A DNA stretch of 64,000 bases from Pyrinomonadaceae bacterium (GTDB lineage: Bacteria; Acidobacteriota; Blastocatellia; Pyrinomonadales; Pyrinomonadaceae), in the NCBI GenBank assembly GCA_049679945.1, contig JBAUGW010000063.1, forward strand, positions 272 to 64,271. The letters are read 5' to 3'. The position numbers and the translations under genes were made by a program. Below the pieces are notes generated by a model that was not told where the DNA came from, made no database searches, and saw only the letters and a list, made by a program, of their open reading frames with translations. Below, one piece after another: positions 55,143 through 64,000 of the stretch. How positions within the stretch are numbered: position 1 is the stretch's first letter; each line of letters begins with the position of its first letter.

Positions 55143-56522
55143 ATGCGGATCAACGAAAGAGTCGTCGCTCTCAATGACAAGCCGGTGAATCAACGTGCGC
55201 GCTACGTGCTCTATTGGATGCAGATGTTCAAGCGCGTCGACAACAACCACGCGCTCGTTTGGGCGATACGCAAGGCGAATGAACTCAAGCTGCCGCTCGT
55301 CGTTTACGAAGGTTTGAAATATTACTACCCGTGGGCTAGCGATCGCATTCACACATTCATACTCGAAGGCGTCGAAGAAAAACAGCGTGAGTTCGCTTCG
55401 CGAGGCATCCGATATCTCTTTTATTTACAGAAAGATAAGTCGTCACCCCAAAATACCGTTGCAACGCTCGCACGCGACGCGGCGTTGATCGTCACCGATG
55501 ACTTTCCGTGCTTTATCATTCCCGAACACAATCGCCGCATCGCCGAGAGAGCAGAGATCGCGGTTTACGCAGTCGATTCGAACGGCGTGATTCCGATGTC
55601 GAAATTCGACAAAGAAAATTACGCCGCATACGCGATCCGTCCGAAGATCAATAAGCTGCTCGATCATTATCTGGTGCCGGTCGACAACGAAACACTGGAA
55701 TGTTCCAGCATCGGCATCGATCTCGATTGCGACTTCGAAACTATCGTGACTTCCGAAACTATCACGAAACTTGTCGCCGAGTGCGACATCGATCACACGG
55801 TTGTGCCGTCACAGATCTATCACGGCGGCACAACGAACGGACGTGCGCGTTTGAAAAAATTCGTCGATGAAGTTTTGGGGGATTACGACAAGGCGCGCAG
55901 CAAGCCGGACCGCGACGGCTCGTCACGGCTATCCTCTTACTTACATTTTGGTTTTTTGTCGCCGCTTGAGATCGCGCTTGCCGTGCGCAACGCGGATGCT
56001 CCGCAAGAGTCAAAGGCCGCCTATCTCGAAGAGTTGATCGTCCGCCGCGAGCTGTCGTACAACATGACGCACTTCAATGCGAATTACGATTCGCTTACGG
56101 CTTTGCCTGATTGGGTGCACAAAACCATGCGCGAGCACGCCGGCGACGAACGCCAGTATCTCTATTCATTGGAACAATTAGAGGCTGCCGAAACGCACGA
56201 CGAGCTTTGGAACGCCGCGCAACGTGAGATGGTTCAAACCGGCGAGATGCACAATTATGTTCGGATGCTGTGGGGCAAAAACGTGATCGCGTGGTCGCCG
56301 AGTTACGAGGTTGCTTTTGAGACCTTAGTGCATCTCAACAATAAATACTGTCTCGACGGCCGCAATCCGAATAGCTACGCCGGCATCTTGTGGTGCTTTG
56401 GCAAACACGATCGTCCGTGGTTCGAGCGGCCCGTTTTCGGCAAGATCCGCTATATGGCGAGCCATAGCACGGGTAAAAAGTTCAATTCGAAAAAATATAT
56501 TGCGTGGACAAAGTCGCTTTAA
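55143..56522 (+). CDS. deoxyribodipyrimidine photolyase, class II
   Basis: 459 aa. The N-terminal YVLYWMQ...NHAL and C-terminal FAD-binding region (RMLWGK...W...KHDRPW) are typical of class II CPD photolyases. Confidence 0.9.
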   Translation: MRINERVVALNDKPVNQRARYVLYWMQMFKRVDNNHALVWAIRKANELKLPLVVYEGLKYYYPWASDRIHTFILEGVEEKQREFASRGIRYLFYLQKDKSSPQNTVATLARDAALIVTDDFPCFIIPEHNRRIAERAEIAVYAVDSNGVIPMSKFDKENYAAYAIRPKINKLLDHYLVPVDNETLECSSIGIDLDCDFETIVTSETITKLVAECDIDHTVVPSQIYHGGTTNGRARLKKFVDEVLGDYDKARSKPDRDGSSRLSSYLHFGFLSPLEIALAVRNADAPQESKAAYLEELIVRRELSYNMTHFNANYDSLTALPDWVHKTMREHAGDERQYLYSLEQLEAAETHDELWNAAQREMVQTGEMHNYVRMLWGKNVIAWSPSYEVAFETLVHLNNKYCLDGRNPNSYAGILWCFGKHDRPWFERPVFGKIRYMASHSTGKKFNSKKYIAWTKSL

Positions 56523-56529
56523 CAGCAAG

Positions 56530-57204
56530 TTACTGACCGCCGTACGGCTGCCATTCACCGCGCCAGTCGTAACACTCGAGTGCCGCAAATCGCTTTTTGT
56601 AATCGTAAAACGACGGTCCGACATAAGCGTAGCCGGGATAGTAGTAGAGCATGCCATGCGAGGTCGCCCACTCGATAACTTTTAACATCGTGAAAACACC
56701 GAGGCTGCGTTTTTCCTCGTTCGGGTCAAAACAGGCGTAGATCGCTGAGACACTGTCAACACCGCGATCAAAAAAGCTAACCGCTATGATCTTGCCGTCA
56801 AGCTTGGCAGTCAGTTGATAAAGATCCGTCGGAATTTTTGAGTGCCGCGAAATGAACGTGTAGATCGTCTCAGGCACGTGATCTGTAAATCGCCCTTTGT
56901 GACGCTCAAACAGATTGACAACTTTTTTCGTTATTGCCGGTGCGGTGATCGCGACATCGATATCGAGATTTTTATTCAGAACACGAGTCTGGCTCTTCGA
57001 CAGGCGAAAATCTCGCAGCCGCACTCTCAGCGGAAGCACCTGACGAACTTCATCTCTGTGAATACCAAGATTGTAGCGTGTGAAGTACGTGCCAAAATGT
57101 CGCCAGCCGTCAGCGAGCAGGTGGTCGAAAACACGGGGAAGAATCGGCGCGTCGGCGTCGAAATATTCGTTAATAAAATTTAGCTCAGACTCTCTCTGCT
57201 CCAT
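56530..57204 (-). CDS. arginyl/leucyl-tRNA--protein transferase (ATE/Bpt) family protein
   Basis: GWRHFG...PLRVRLRDFRLSKSQTRVLNKN and a C-terminal acyltransferase-like domain. It lacks the N-terminal Cys motif of classic members. Confidence 0.7.
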   Translation of the reverse strand: MEQRESELNFINEYFDADAPILPRVFDHLLADGWRHFGTYFTRYNLGIHRDEVRQVLPLRVRLRDFRLSKSQTRVLNKNLDIDVAITAPAITKKVVNLFERHKGRFTDHVPETIYTFISRHSKIPTDLYQLTAKLDGKIIAVSFFDRGVDSVSAIYACFDPNEEKRSLGVFTMLKVIEWATSHGMLYYYPGYAYVGPSFYDYKKRFAALECYDWRGEWQPYGGQ

Positions 57205-57223
57205 TTTTTGAAAGGCTCGTCAA

Positions 57224-58084
57224 CTAGAGGCCCGCATACCAGTCGTAACCGCTCTCGGCCCAATAATCACGCGGCCTGACGGCGGTGAATTCTATTCTGC
57301 CAATGCGCTTGATCTGTTTTATGCCGTATTTGGTCGGTGATGCAAGTCTGAGCGGCGCGCCGTGCTCGGGCCTGAGCGGTTCGCCGTTCATCTCAAACGC
57401 GAGCAGCGTCTGCGGGTGCATGATCGACTCGATGTCCCAACCGACGAAATAGTTTTTGTCAGGCGTTGTCATCGAGACGTATGCCGGCAACTTATCAAGC
57501 GAGATGTCGGGCATGACCTTTGCGACAAGGTCAGAAAACCTGATGCCAGCCCAATTGACGATCGTACTCCAGCCCTCAATGCACTTAAATTCGGTCGTCA
57601 TCTCGGTTCGCGGCAGTTGTTTGATGTCATCGAGCGTGAGAATGAGGTCGTCCGAGCGGTTTGCGAGACCGCTGACGGTGAGCCGCCAGCTTGTCGCGTC
57701 GAATTCGCCAGTCATTCCAAGATCGCCGTTGACGCGGTTAGGTTTTGTGACCTGCGATTGTGCAAATTCGGGTGCGAGACGCGACGGTTTGTAGAATATC
57801 TGACTGACGCGTTCGTTAAACCCGAACGTGCTGCGCAGCAGTTTGTACTTTGTTTCATCCGGCATCCAGCGCCAGCCGAACACCCCGATCAGAGCAGCCG
57901 CGCCGCCCACAATAAACCCGCGGCGTGACGACGCTGACATCCGACGACGAGCTTCGTCAGCACTCAAAGGTTCGGACAAGTGTCGCTTTTCGCCCAGGAT
58001 TTGTGCTGTGTTTTCGTCGTCAATCGTTTTATTGTCGAGTTCTCGTACGCGTTCGACGAGGATTTCGTCTTTGTTATCGCTCAT
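57224..58084 (-). CDS. molybdopterin-dependent oxidoreductase (sulfite-oxidase/YedY-MsrP-like), Tat-exported
   Basis: Twin-arginine signal SSRRGFIVGGAAAL. FKCIEGWS motif of the Mo-binding domain. Confidence 0.88.
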   Translation of the reverse strand: MSDNKDEILVERVRELDNKTIDDENTAQILGEKRHLSEPLSADEARRRMSASSRRGFIVGGAAALIGVFGWRWMPDETKYKLLRSTFGFNERVSQIFYKPSRLAPEFAQSQVTKPNRVNGDLGMTGEFDATSWRLTVSGLANRSDDLILTLDDIKQLPRTEMTTEFKCIEGWSTIVNWAGIRFSDLVAKVMPDISLDKLPAYVSMTTPDKNYFVGWDIESIMHPQTLLAFEMNGEPLRPEHGAPLRLASPTKYGIKQIKRIGRIEFTAVRPRDYWAESGYDWYAGL

Positions 58085-58800
58085 GCTTTTACCTCCGTTT
58101 CAGTCGCAATCGGCTGTTCGGCGTCGACGATCTCGTGGCCTGTAATCATCGAGCGAAAATTGCTCCACCCGGCGAGAATTACCTGAACAATATGCACGAC
58201 AAAAAATGTAACAAACACTATCGTCAGCCAAAAATGCAGCCATCTCGCCCACTGATAGCCGCCGAACATCGCGGTTAGCCATGCGAGCTGCAGCGGTTTG
58301 TAGATCGCGAGACCGGTCAGCAACGACAGCGCGCCCATCGCGATCACACTTGTATATGCGATTCGCTGAGCGTCGTTGTATTTACCTTGTGGCGGTTTGG
58401 TTTTGAGAATATGCGCGTCGTAAAGAGCCACGCGAGCGGCCCGTTTTAGCGACGATGGAATTGGTAATATAGAGCGCCATTCGCCGGAGAAAATCGTGTA
58501 AAAAACATACGCGACGCCGTTCGCCGCGAACAGCCACATAAAAAAGAAGTGAAACTGCAGGCCCTCGGCAAGGCGAAACGGCAACCCAAGCGCCTCGTTA
58601 AACCAAGCTGGAAAAAAGTGAAACAACTCATAGCTCCCGATCCAAATACCGTAAACCGGACTTGCCCAGTAGATGAGCAGCCCGCTCCAGATCATAACGA
58701 CCAGCAGAGGAAAGTTGATCCAGTGCATCCATCTGGTCGCGAGCGAATGTTTTCTCTCAAGCTGTTTTGCCATTACAAGCAGTAATTCCTTGTCAGTCAT
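58081..58800 (-). CDS. cytochrome b (b561/Ni-hydrogenase b-type family) membrane subunit
   Basis: Four to five TM helices with conserved His (RWMHWINF, WLHFWL). 4-nt overlap with the Mo enzyme gene. Confidence 0.85.
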   Translation of the reverse strand: MTDKELLLVMAKQLERKHSLATRWMHWINFPLLVVMIWSGLLIYWASPVYGIWIGSYELFHFFPAWFNEALGLPFRLAEGLQFHFFFMWLFAANGVAYVFYTIFSGEWRSILPIPSSLKRAARVALYDAHILKTKPPQGKYNDAQRIAYTSVIAMGALSLLTGLAIYKPLQLAWLTAMFGGYQWARWLHFWLTIVFVTFFVVHIVQVILAGWSNFRSMITGHEIVDAEQPIATETEVKA

Positions 58801-58916
58801 TTCGTATTCCCTGATTATTTAGTTTCAGAACGATAAAAGCAACGAAACCGGAATAAAGCGACAGACGAACTGGATATATGCACGGAGTATTGATTTTGTT
58901 TGATAAGGTAATAATT

Positions 58917-59975
58917 ATGAAGTACGTAAGTTTGGTTGCGGTTTTTACAGTCTTTCACGTTGTTTTTGCGACCAGTTGTTCGCGGCTCGCATCGTCTGAG
59001 TCTGTTGCGACGTCGCCGGTCGTCTCGACCGATGAAACATCCTTCGCCGGGCTCGCGGTTGATGAAACGGTCGCTGCCGACGCCGAAGATGCGTTTATCT
59101 CAGCGGCGAAAGCAAAAACGGCGCCCTCGCTCATCGAAGGCAAGTGGTTAAACTCCGACGCAATGACGCTTGAGGGTTTGCGAGGCCGCGTCGTGTTCGT
59201 CGAGTTTTGGACGTTCGGCTGTTACAACTGCATTAACACGCTGCCCGCGGTTAAAGGTTTTGACGCTAGGTATCGCGACAAAGGATTGACGGTCATCGGC
59301 ATTCAGTCACCCGAATTCGAGCGCGAAAAAATATTTGAGAACATCGTCGCCGCCGTCAATAAACACGAGATCAAATATCCGATCCTGATCGACAACGACA
59401 TGAAAAACTGGAACGCCTTCGGCGTCAACGCGTGGCCGACGATCTTCATAGTCGATAAACAAGGGCGAATCCGCTACAAGCAACTCGGCGAAGGCAATTA
59501 CGACATGCAAGAGAAGATTATCAAAACATTGCTTGCCGAAGGCGAGGCGAAGACAGTCAGCTCGAAAGACGAAGTGTTCGACGGTGCAAAGGTTGTGAAA
59601 ACCGAGGCAGAGTGGAAATCGCTACTCACGCCCGAGCAGTTCCACATCCTGCGCGAAAAAGGCACCGAGATTGCCGGCACGGGCGAGTACGCGGACGACC
59701 ACGACGACGGCGATTATTACTGCCGAGCTTGTCACCTAAAACTCTTCAGCTCAAAAACAAAGTTTGAATCGGGAACCGGTTGGCCGAGTTTCTACGCACC
59801 AGTGAACAAAACGAACGTCACGGAAATTACCGATCGAGCTTACGGAATGGTGCGAACGGAGGTCGTCTGCAGCCGCTGCGGCGGGCATCTCGGCCACGTC
59901 TTTGACGACGGGCCGGAGCCGACGGGACTGCGATACTGTATGAACTCGGCGTCGCTGAAGTTTGAGAAGAAATGA
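58917..59975 (+). CDS. exported thioredoxin-like (TlpA/redoxin) - MsrB fusion protein
   Basis: Lipobox-like ATSC, redoxin motif FWTFGCYNC, then an MsrB domain (CRAC, CSRC, GWPSF, RYCMNS). Confidence 0.9.
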   Translation: MKYVSLVAVFTVFHVVFATSCSRLASSESVATSPVVSTDETSFAGLAVDETVAADAEDAFISAAKAKTAPSLIEGKWLNSDAMTLEGLRGRVVFVEFWTFGCYNCINTLPAVKGFDARYRDKGLTVIGIQSPEFEREKIFENIVAAVNKHEIKYPILIDNDMKNWNAFGVNAWPTIFIVDKQGRIRYKQLGEGNYDMQEKIIKTLLAEGEAKTVSSKDEVFDGAKVVKTEAEWKSLLTPEQFHILREKGTEIAGTGEYADDHDDGDYYCRACHLKLFSSKTKFESGTGWPSFYAPVNKTNVTEITDRAYGMVRTEVVCSRCGGHLGHVFDDGPEPTGLRYCMNSASLKFEKK

Positions 59976-59976
59976 C

Positions 59977-60029
59977 GGAACTCAGGCTGCCAGCCTGCAA
60001 GTCACACGCTGGCAAGCTACCTGCGTTCC
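59977..60029. repeat. short palindromic element between convergent genes
   Basis: GGAACTCAGG...CCTGCGTTCC outer arms with an inner CAGGCTG/CAGCCTG. Probable terminator. Confidence 0.45.
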
Positions 60030-60032
60030 GAC

Positions 60033-60326
60033 TTACCAGTTAACCTTTCCTTCTTGCGAGGTGTCGATCTGCGTTAGCTCGACGCCTTCGTTAAAGAGAA
60101 AGATCTTCATGTTGTCGAAAAGAAAGTCGTGCGAGTCGGGATTCGATACATCGAGACCGAAGTGATTGATGAGCTGCATCTGTTTTGTCTGCCACTCTTT
60201 CCAACATCCCTGACAGATCTCGTCAAATACACGCTGGCCGAGCTCTGTCGGTATAGGCGCAAACGCGAGTTTGTCGCCTTTGCCGCTGCAGCGTGTGCAT
60301 TCAAATTTGTCACCAAAAATAGCCAT
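60033..60326 (-). CDS. YggX-like Fe(2+)-trafficking / oxidative-damage protection protein
   Basis: From ATG 60326: ...ELGQRVFDEICQGCWKEWQTKQMQLINHFGL...FLFNEG parallels the YggX consensus. Confidence 0.8.
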   Translation of the reverse strand: MAIFGDKFECTRCSGKGDKLAFAPIPTELGQRVFDEICQGCWKEWQTKQMQLINHFGLDVSNPDSHDFLFDNMKIFLFNEGVELTQIDTSQEGKVNW

Positions 60327-60379
60327 AACTAGATTCAAGCCAGATTCTGGCAAAAAAATACTTGCCAGTGCTAAAGCCT

Positions 60380-60441
60380 AACACAGATGAATACAGATAT
60401 TAATTCAACCAAAATCTGAGTTTATCTGTGTCCATCTGTGG
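60380..60441. repeat. CACAGAT-class hairpin
   Basis: AACACAGATGAATACAGATA and TTTATCTGTGTCCATCTGTGG, about 16/18 complementary, between two same-strand genes. Confidence 0.65.
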
Positions 60442-60447
60442 TTAGTC

Positions 60448-61038
60448 TCACTCTTTGGATTTTATCTTTGCAGGCTTCATACCTTTGCTTTTGCCTTTGG
60501 GCGAATATTTGCTTGCGACTTCTTTTGGCGCGACCTCGCGTGCGAGCTGCCACGTGAAATCCATTTCGGTGTTGACGGTCGCGGTCGCCATGCGCGTCTC
60601 GAGCAGCATCAACATGCTTCCCCAAAACAAAAACATAATGCCGACAATGCCGATCGGTATCGGCACCCAGCGATACGTGCTAAAGAACGCGGCAATCGCG
60701 ATCGTCACGCTTGTGAGCACAAAAAAACCGAGACCGTAATAAAATGCCTGCATCGCCCGCTGCAAAATGCGCGAGCGGCTCGTAACTTTGTCGAGCAGAT
60801 CGACTATCACTTCGACACGTTTGTCGTAGAGTGGCACGTCATTTTTGTCTTCGAGATAAATGAGTTCGCTGAGGCGGTCTTCTAGCTGTCGCACACGGTC
60901 AACAACGCGCCCCAGTCGTGTCGATGTAGAGAGCACCAGCGAACCCGTCGCCGAGATCAACAACGCCGGCGTGACCATCGCCGTCAGAAACTCAATCGTC
61001 GACCCAAGCGCGTCAGGATTTACGAGATCGTTCGCCAT
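60448..61038 (-). CDS. DUF2721 domain membrane protein
   Basis: From ATG 61038: TPALLISATGSLVLSTSTRLGRVVDRVRQLE plus C-terminal TM helices. Confidence 0.75.
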   Translation of the reverse strand: MANDLVNPDALGSTIEFLTAMVTPALLISATGSLVLSTSTRLGRVVDRVRQLEDRLSELIYLEDKNDVPLYDKRVEVIVDLLDKVTSRSRILQRAMQAFYYGLGFFVLTSVTIAIAAFFSTYRWVPIPIGIVGIMFLFWGSMLMLLETRMATATVNTEMDFTWQLAREVAPKEVASKYSPKGKSKGMKPAKIKSKE

Positions 61039-61075
61039 GTTCCCTATCTTACCGCGAAAGGACGAAAAACTCAGA

Positions 61076-61444
61076 TCATTTGATGAGCTTAAATTTTGTG
61101 AGGCAAACGTGCTTACGCAGTTTGGACGCGGGAATGAGAACCGCATCTGTCTTGCCGTATGGCTCGCCGGTCTCGATATCGAGGTCCTCTTTGAAGCTGC
61201 CTTTTTTGTAGGTCTTTTCGCAGTCGCCAAACTTATTGCAAACCTCGAGCTTTGTGCAAATGACCTTGCCGTCGCGTTCGTAAATGTAATATGTCGCCCC
61301 CGAATACGGCGGCCGAGGATAATTCTCGGTCCTCACAAAAGTCTGTTTCTTGTGCCCGAGTTTGTCCGCTTGGACGATGTCGCCAAAAGTTAAAGTTGCC
61401 GCCGCAGCGATTATTGTTGCCAGAACCAAGGTTTGCGTTTTCAT
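61076..61444 (-). CDS. secreted hypothetical protein
   Basis: Signal peptide MKTQTLVLATIIAAAATLTFG. Four Cys. No motif recognised. Confidence 0.55.
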   Translation of the reverse strand: MKTQTLVLATIIAAAATLTFGDIVQADKLGHKKQTFVRTENYPRPPYSGATYYIYERDGKVICTKLEVCNKFGDCEKTYKKGSFKEDLDIETGEPYGKTDAVLIPASKLRKHVCLTKFKLIK

Positions 61445-61779
61445 ATTCTTGCCTCTTGTTGATTGCCATTGACACGTTCGACCTCACGCGTCATGCGGCC
61501 CGTGATCATATACCACATCATTTTGTAGTCGGAGATAAACGACCAAAGCGGATGTTTGAAGGTCGCCGGCTTGTTTTTTTCGATCGCAAAATGCGATACC
61601 CACGCGAAAAAGTAACCGACGACAAAACACAAAGGGAAGTAATACCACGTGCCGCGCACGATAAACCATGCAAGTAGGATCAAAGCCGCAGACGTTCCTA
61701 CAAAATGCAGGATGCGCGTCAGTGGCTTCGAGTGCTCTCGCACGTAAAAGTCCCAAAATTCTGAGTAATTGTCGATCAC
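61441..61779 (-). CDS. DUF962 (Mpo1-like) membrane protein
   Basis: YVREHSKPLTRILHFVGT...FAWVSHFAIEKNKPATFKHPLWS is the family signature. Confidence 0.85.
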   Translation of the reverse strand: MIDNYSEFWDFYVREHSKPLTRILHFVGTSAALILLAWFIVRGTWYYFPLCFVVGYFFAWVSHFAIEKNKPATFKHPLWSFISDYKMMWYMITGRMTREVERVNGNQQEARI

Positions 61780-61782
61780 AAG

Positions 61783-62115
61783 CTATAAGTTTACCCGTAC
61801 AATCTCCGCGATCCCAATGCCGATGAAAACGCACACGACCTTGAGTATGGCACCAACAACAAAAAACACCGGCACGGCGATCAAGGCGGCGGCCGCACTG
61901 CTGAATTCCCGTTTGATCAAATAACCCGTTAGCAAAAAAGCACCAAGACTCATCGATATCGTGACGACGACGGCGAGCACGATATACGTGATCAGCGCGG
62001 CTTGTCCGGGTCTCGCGCTAAAGCCGTTCAACGAGATCACAAGGATCGACAAGACGACAACGCTAATCGCGAGATTTAGCACGCACGTGATGATAGCTGC
62101 AACGATCCTCGCCAT
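61783..62115 (-). CDS. small three-TM membrane protein
   Basis: 110 aa, strongly hydrophobic. Abuts the upstream gene stop. Confidence 0.55.
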   Translation of the reverse strand: MARIVAAIITCVLNLAISVVVLSILVISLNGFSARPGQAALITYIVLAVVVTISMSLGAFLLTGYLIKREFSSAAAALIAVPVFFVVGAILKVVCVFIGIGIAEIVRVNL

Positions 62116-62925
62116 CTATTTGCCGATTTGTACCCAACTGCCGTCCGTCGGCTTGATGCGATAGAGGTTGCCGTCGAATTCGATTGAGTAGAGTGACGTT
62201 CCCGCCCCGAAAAGAAAATCAATCCTAGCGAATTCTTTCTTCCCAAGCTGTTTCCAGACACCCGTCAGCGGATCTGTTTCGTAGAGTGCGCCACCCTCGG
62301 TCGAGTACAGCTTGCCGTTGTGCATAGTGCTGCGATTTGTATTGAGCCAGTCGTTCGACGTGCCGATCCTCTGCCACGAGCCTGTGATCGGGCTGATCGA
62401 ATAAAAACTGCCGTCGTGCTCGATCGAGTAAAGGCGATCGCCGCCGGCGTAAAAAAATTTTGTCCGAATGAAGTCCGCTTTGCCGATCTGTCGCCACCTG
62501 CCGCTCAAAGTGCTCGTCTCATACAACGCGCCTTCCGACTCGACAGTGTAGAGTTTGTCGCCGATCATCGCGCCGAGCATCGTGTTCTTCCAATCGCCCG
62601 CTTTCCCAGCGCGGCCCCACGAACCGTCAGCCGCGCTCACGCGATAGAGACTGCCATCCGATTCGATCGTGACCAGATTCTCGGCGCCGGCAAATAAAAA
62701 CTTCGTGTTGCCGAACTCCACCTTGCCAATCTGCAGCCATTTGCCGCTCGGAAGCTCCGTGACGTAAAGCGCCCCGCTCTTCTCAATCGTGTAGAGCTTG
62801 CCGTTGTAGACGACCGCATGCTTCGTGTCAGCCCAGTCACCGGCGCGAACTTGCGAAACCGCACCGATCATCACGCCGACCAATGCCGCCCAAACAAACT
62901 TGCGCACTTTCTTCTTGAACAACAC
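62116..62925 (-). CDS. secreted repeat (beta-propeller-like) protein
   Basis: Signal peptide, then five to six ~47-aa repeats of the form G.LY.IE.DG.LY......G.W.QIGK..F. GTG start. Confidence 0.7.
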   Translation of the reverse strand: MLFKKKVRKFVWAALVGVMIGAVSQVRAGDWADTKHAVVYNGKLYTIEKSGALYVTELPSGKWLQIGKVEFGNTKFLFAGAENLVTIESDGSLYRVSAADGSWGRAGKAGDWKNTMLGAMIGDKLYTVESEGALYETSTLSGRWRQIGKADFIRTKFFYAGGDRLYSIEHDGSFYSISPITGSWQRIGTSNDWLNTNRSTMHNGKLYSTEGGALYETDPLTGVWKQLGKKEFARIDFLFGAGTSLYSIEFDGNLYRIKPTDGSWVQIGK

Positions 62926-63097
62926 TGATTTCCTCCGTTGGTCTAAAAATTAATCCGCAAACACAACGCTGAGCTGTTTTAGTTTCATCGAGTCGCTTTT
63001 GTCGATGTCGTCGACTCCGTCGCGGTTGATGTAATTGTAGAGAATGTCGCGTTGCTGTGGTATAAAGCCGGTTTTGCGAATATTGCCGCAAAGGTCG

Positions 63098-64000
63098 TCA
63101 CCTAATCGGCCTCAGGTACTTCGCCGCCGCGAGCTCGCCGATCTGTTTGCCCATGGCAGTGCCGACTTCGGTGGAGTTTCGGTAATGAACGCCATCGTAA
63201 ATGCGGCCGTTTGCCACCTCCTGCATAAAATCTTCAATGTTTGACCACGTTCGCGTCGCGCCGTCGGCCGTGGGGCTTGTAGTGGTCAATTTCGGCATTC
63301 GACCACCGCCGACCTCAGCTTGCAGCACAGTGCCGACAGCACCCGATACGATGCAGTGCGCACAAGGGTACTCGGGGTGCATAGGGGTTTCGATAAACGG
63401 CCGCCATGCCGGATCGCGCGTCGTGGCGTCGTTGCCGTCGATATCGGCGTTGCGGATCGCGGTTATAGGGCGCCAAAAATTGTAATGATATTTTGCATCA
63501 AAGACAGCGATCATTGCGTCATCGATGGCTTGCGTGACTGCCATCAACAAACGCGCGTTTTGCGTTATTTCACGACCGGGAACATCGGCGACCGAGCGGA
63601 CGACGCCGTGATATATCGCGGGGCCGGTAACTTCCCAAAACCGGGCGATCGAGGTTTGCTCCTGAGTGCGGCGAGAGCCTTCCTTGCTCCCGAGCATCTT
63701 GACTTCATCGTAGTCGCGGGCCCAAAGATCACTGGTCAGTTTGGGTGGCGGCCCGGGGCGAAACTGTGCGGGGCCTGTCATCAACCAGGGCTTGCGTTGC
63801 GGCCACTGCGGAACAGCAGGTACGACCGTCGGTACGTAGACACCTGCGATCGCGTGCGGCCGGTACGTCTCGACGAGGCCGGCTCCATCATCAAAACGCA
63901 ATGATAGGATCGCCTCCGCCGCCTTTTCGCCAACGGCAATGCCGTCCGTCTTTGGCCGGCCGTCAGCGATCTTAGCCAGGGCCGCCCGGTAGGCGGATTC
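63098..64000 (-). CDS. PAP2 / vanadium-haloperoxidase-like phosphatase superfamily protein (5' partial)
   Basis: HPEYPCAHC...GRIYDGVHYRNS active-site motifs. The frame stays open upstream of the track TTG to the window edge. Confidence 0.85.
   Translation of the reverse strand, partial: ESAYRAALAKIADGRPKTDGIAVGEKAAEAILSLRFDDGAGLVETYRPHAIAGVYVPTVVPAVPQWPQRKPWLMTGPAQFRPGPPPKLTSDLWARDYDEVKMLGSKEGSRRTQEQTSIARFWEVTGPAIYHGVVRSVADVPGREITQNARLLMAVTQAIDDAMIAVFDAKYHYNFWRPITAIRNADIDGNDATTRDPAWRPFIETPMHPEYPCAHCIVSGAVGTVLQAEVGGGRMPKLTTTSPTADGATRTWSNIEDFMQEVANGRIYDGVHYRNSTEVGTAMGKQIGELAAAKYLRPIR

Overview
64-kb chromosomal segment. Gene content and domain architectures suggest an Acidobacteriota-like soil bacterium, but that is inference only. 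All protein calls come from motifs read in the supplied translations and recalled from memory; no searches or computations were run. The coding content is dense and mostly ordinary: guaA; an osmoprotectant-type ABC transporter; a DEAD-box helicase; a TetR-MFP-RND-TolC efflux operon; a fused E1 alpha/beta 2-oxoacid dehydrogenase with an acyl-CoA dehydrogenase; M1 and M20 peptidases; truB; recX; clpA; a class II photolyase; and several methionine-sulfoxide and oxidative-damage repair genes. I recognised no rRNA, tRNA, CRISPR array, transposase or integrase. The unusual content is structural. (1) Most intergenic gaps, and one site inside the RND pump gene, hold inverted-repeat hairpins whose arms are tandem 7-9 nt units (GTTCCAA/GTCCAAA, CACAGAG/CACAGAT, CACGAAT, GCAAAG). 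Some pairs bracket small selfish-looking genes: a four-helix-bundle (23S-IVS-type) gene and a GxxExxY pseudogene. Others are empty. One arm encodes a signal peptide. (2) A second class consists of larger multi-hairpin palindromic, MITE-like elements. (3) A diverged in-frame copy of a gene 3' end lies 1.6 kb downstream of the original and flanks an FG-GAP gene, which looks like a recombination or HGT scar. (4) alaS is cut to its first 274 codons and overlaps a small LuxR-type HTH gene and an O-methyltransferase gene. Lesser items are TA-like pairs wedged into operons, an ABC operon split by an opposite-strand AT-rich gene, and an uncharacterised five-gene envelope operon.
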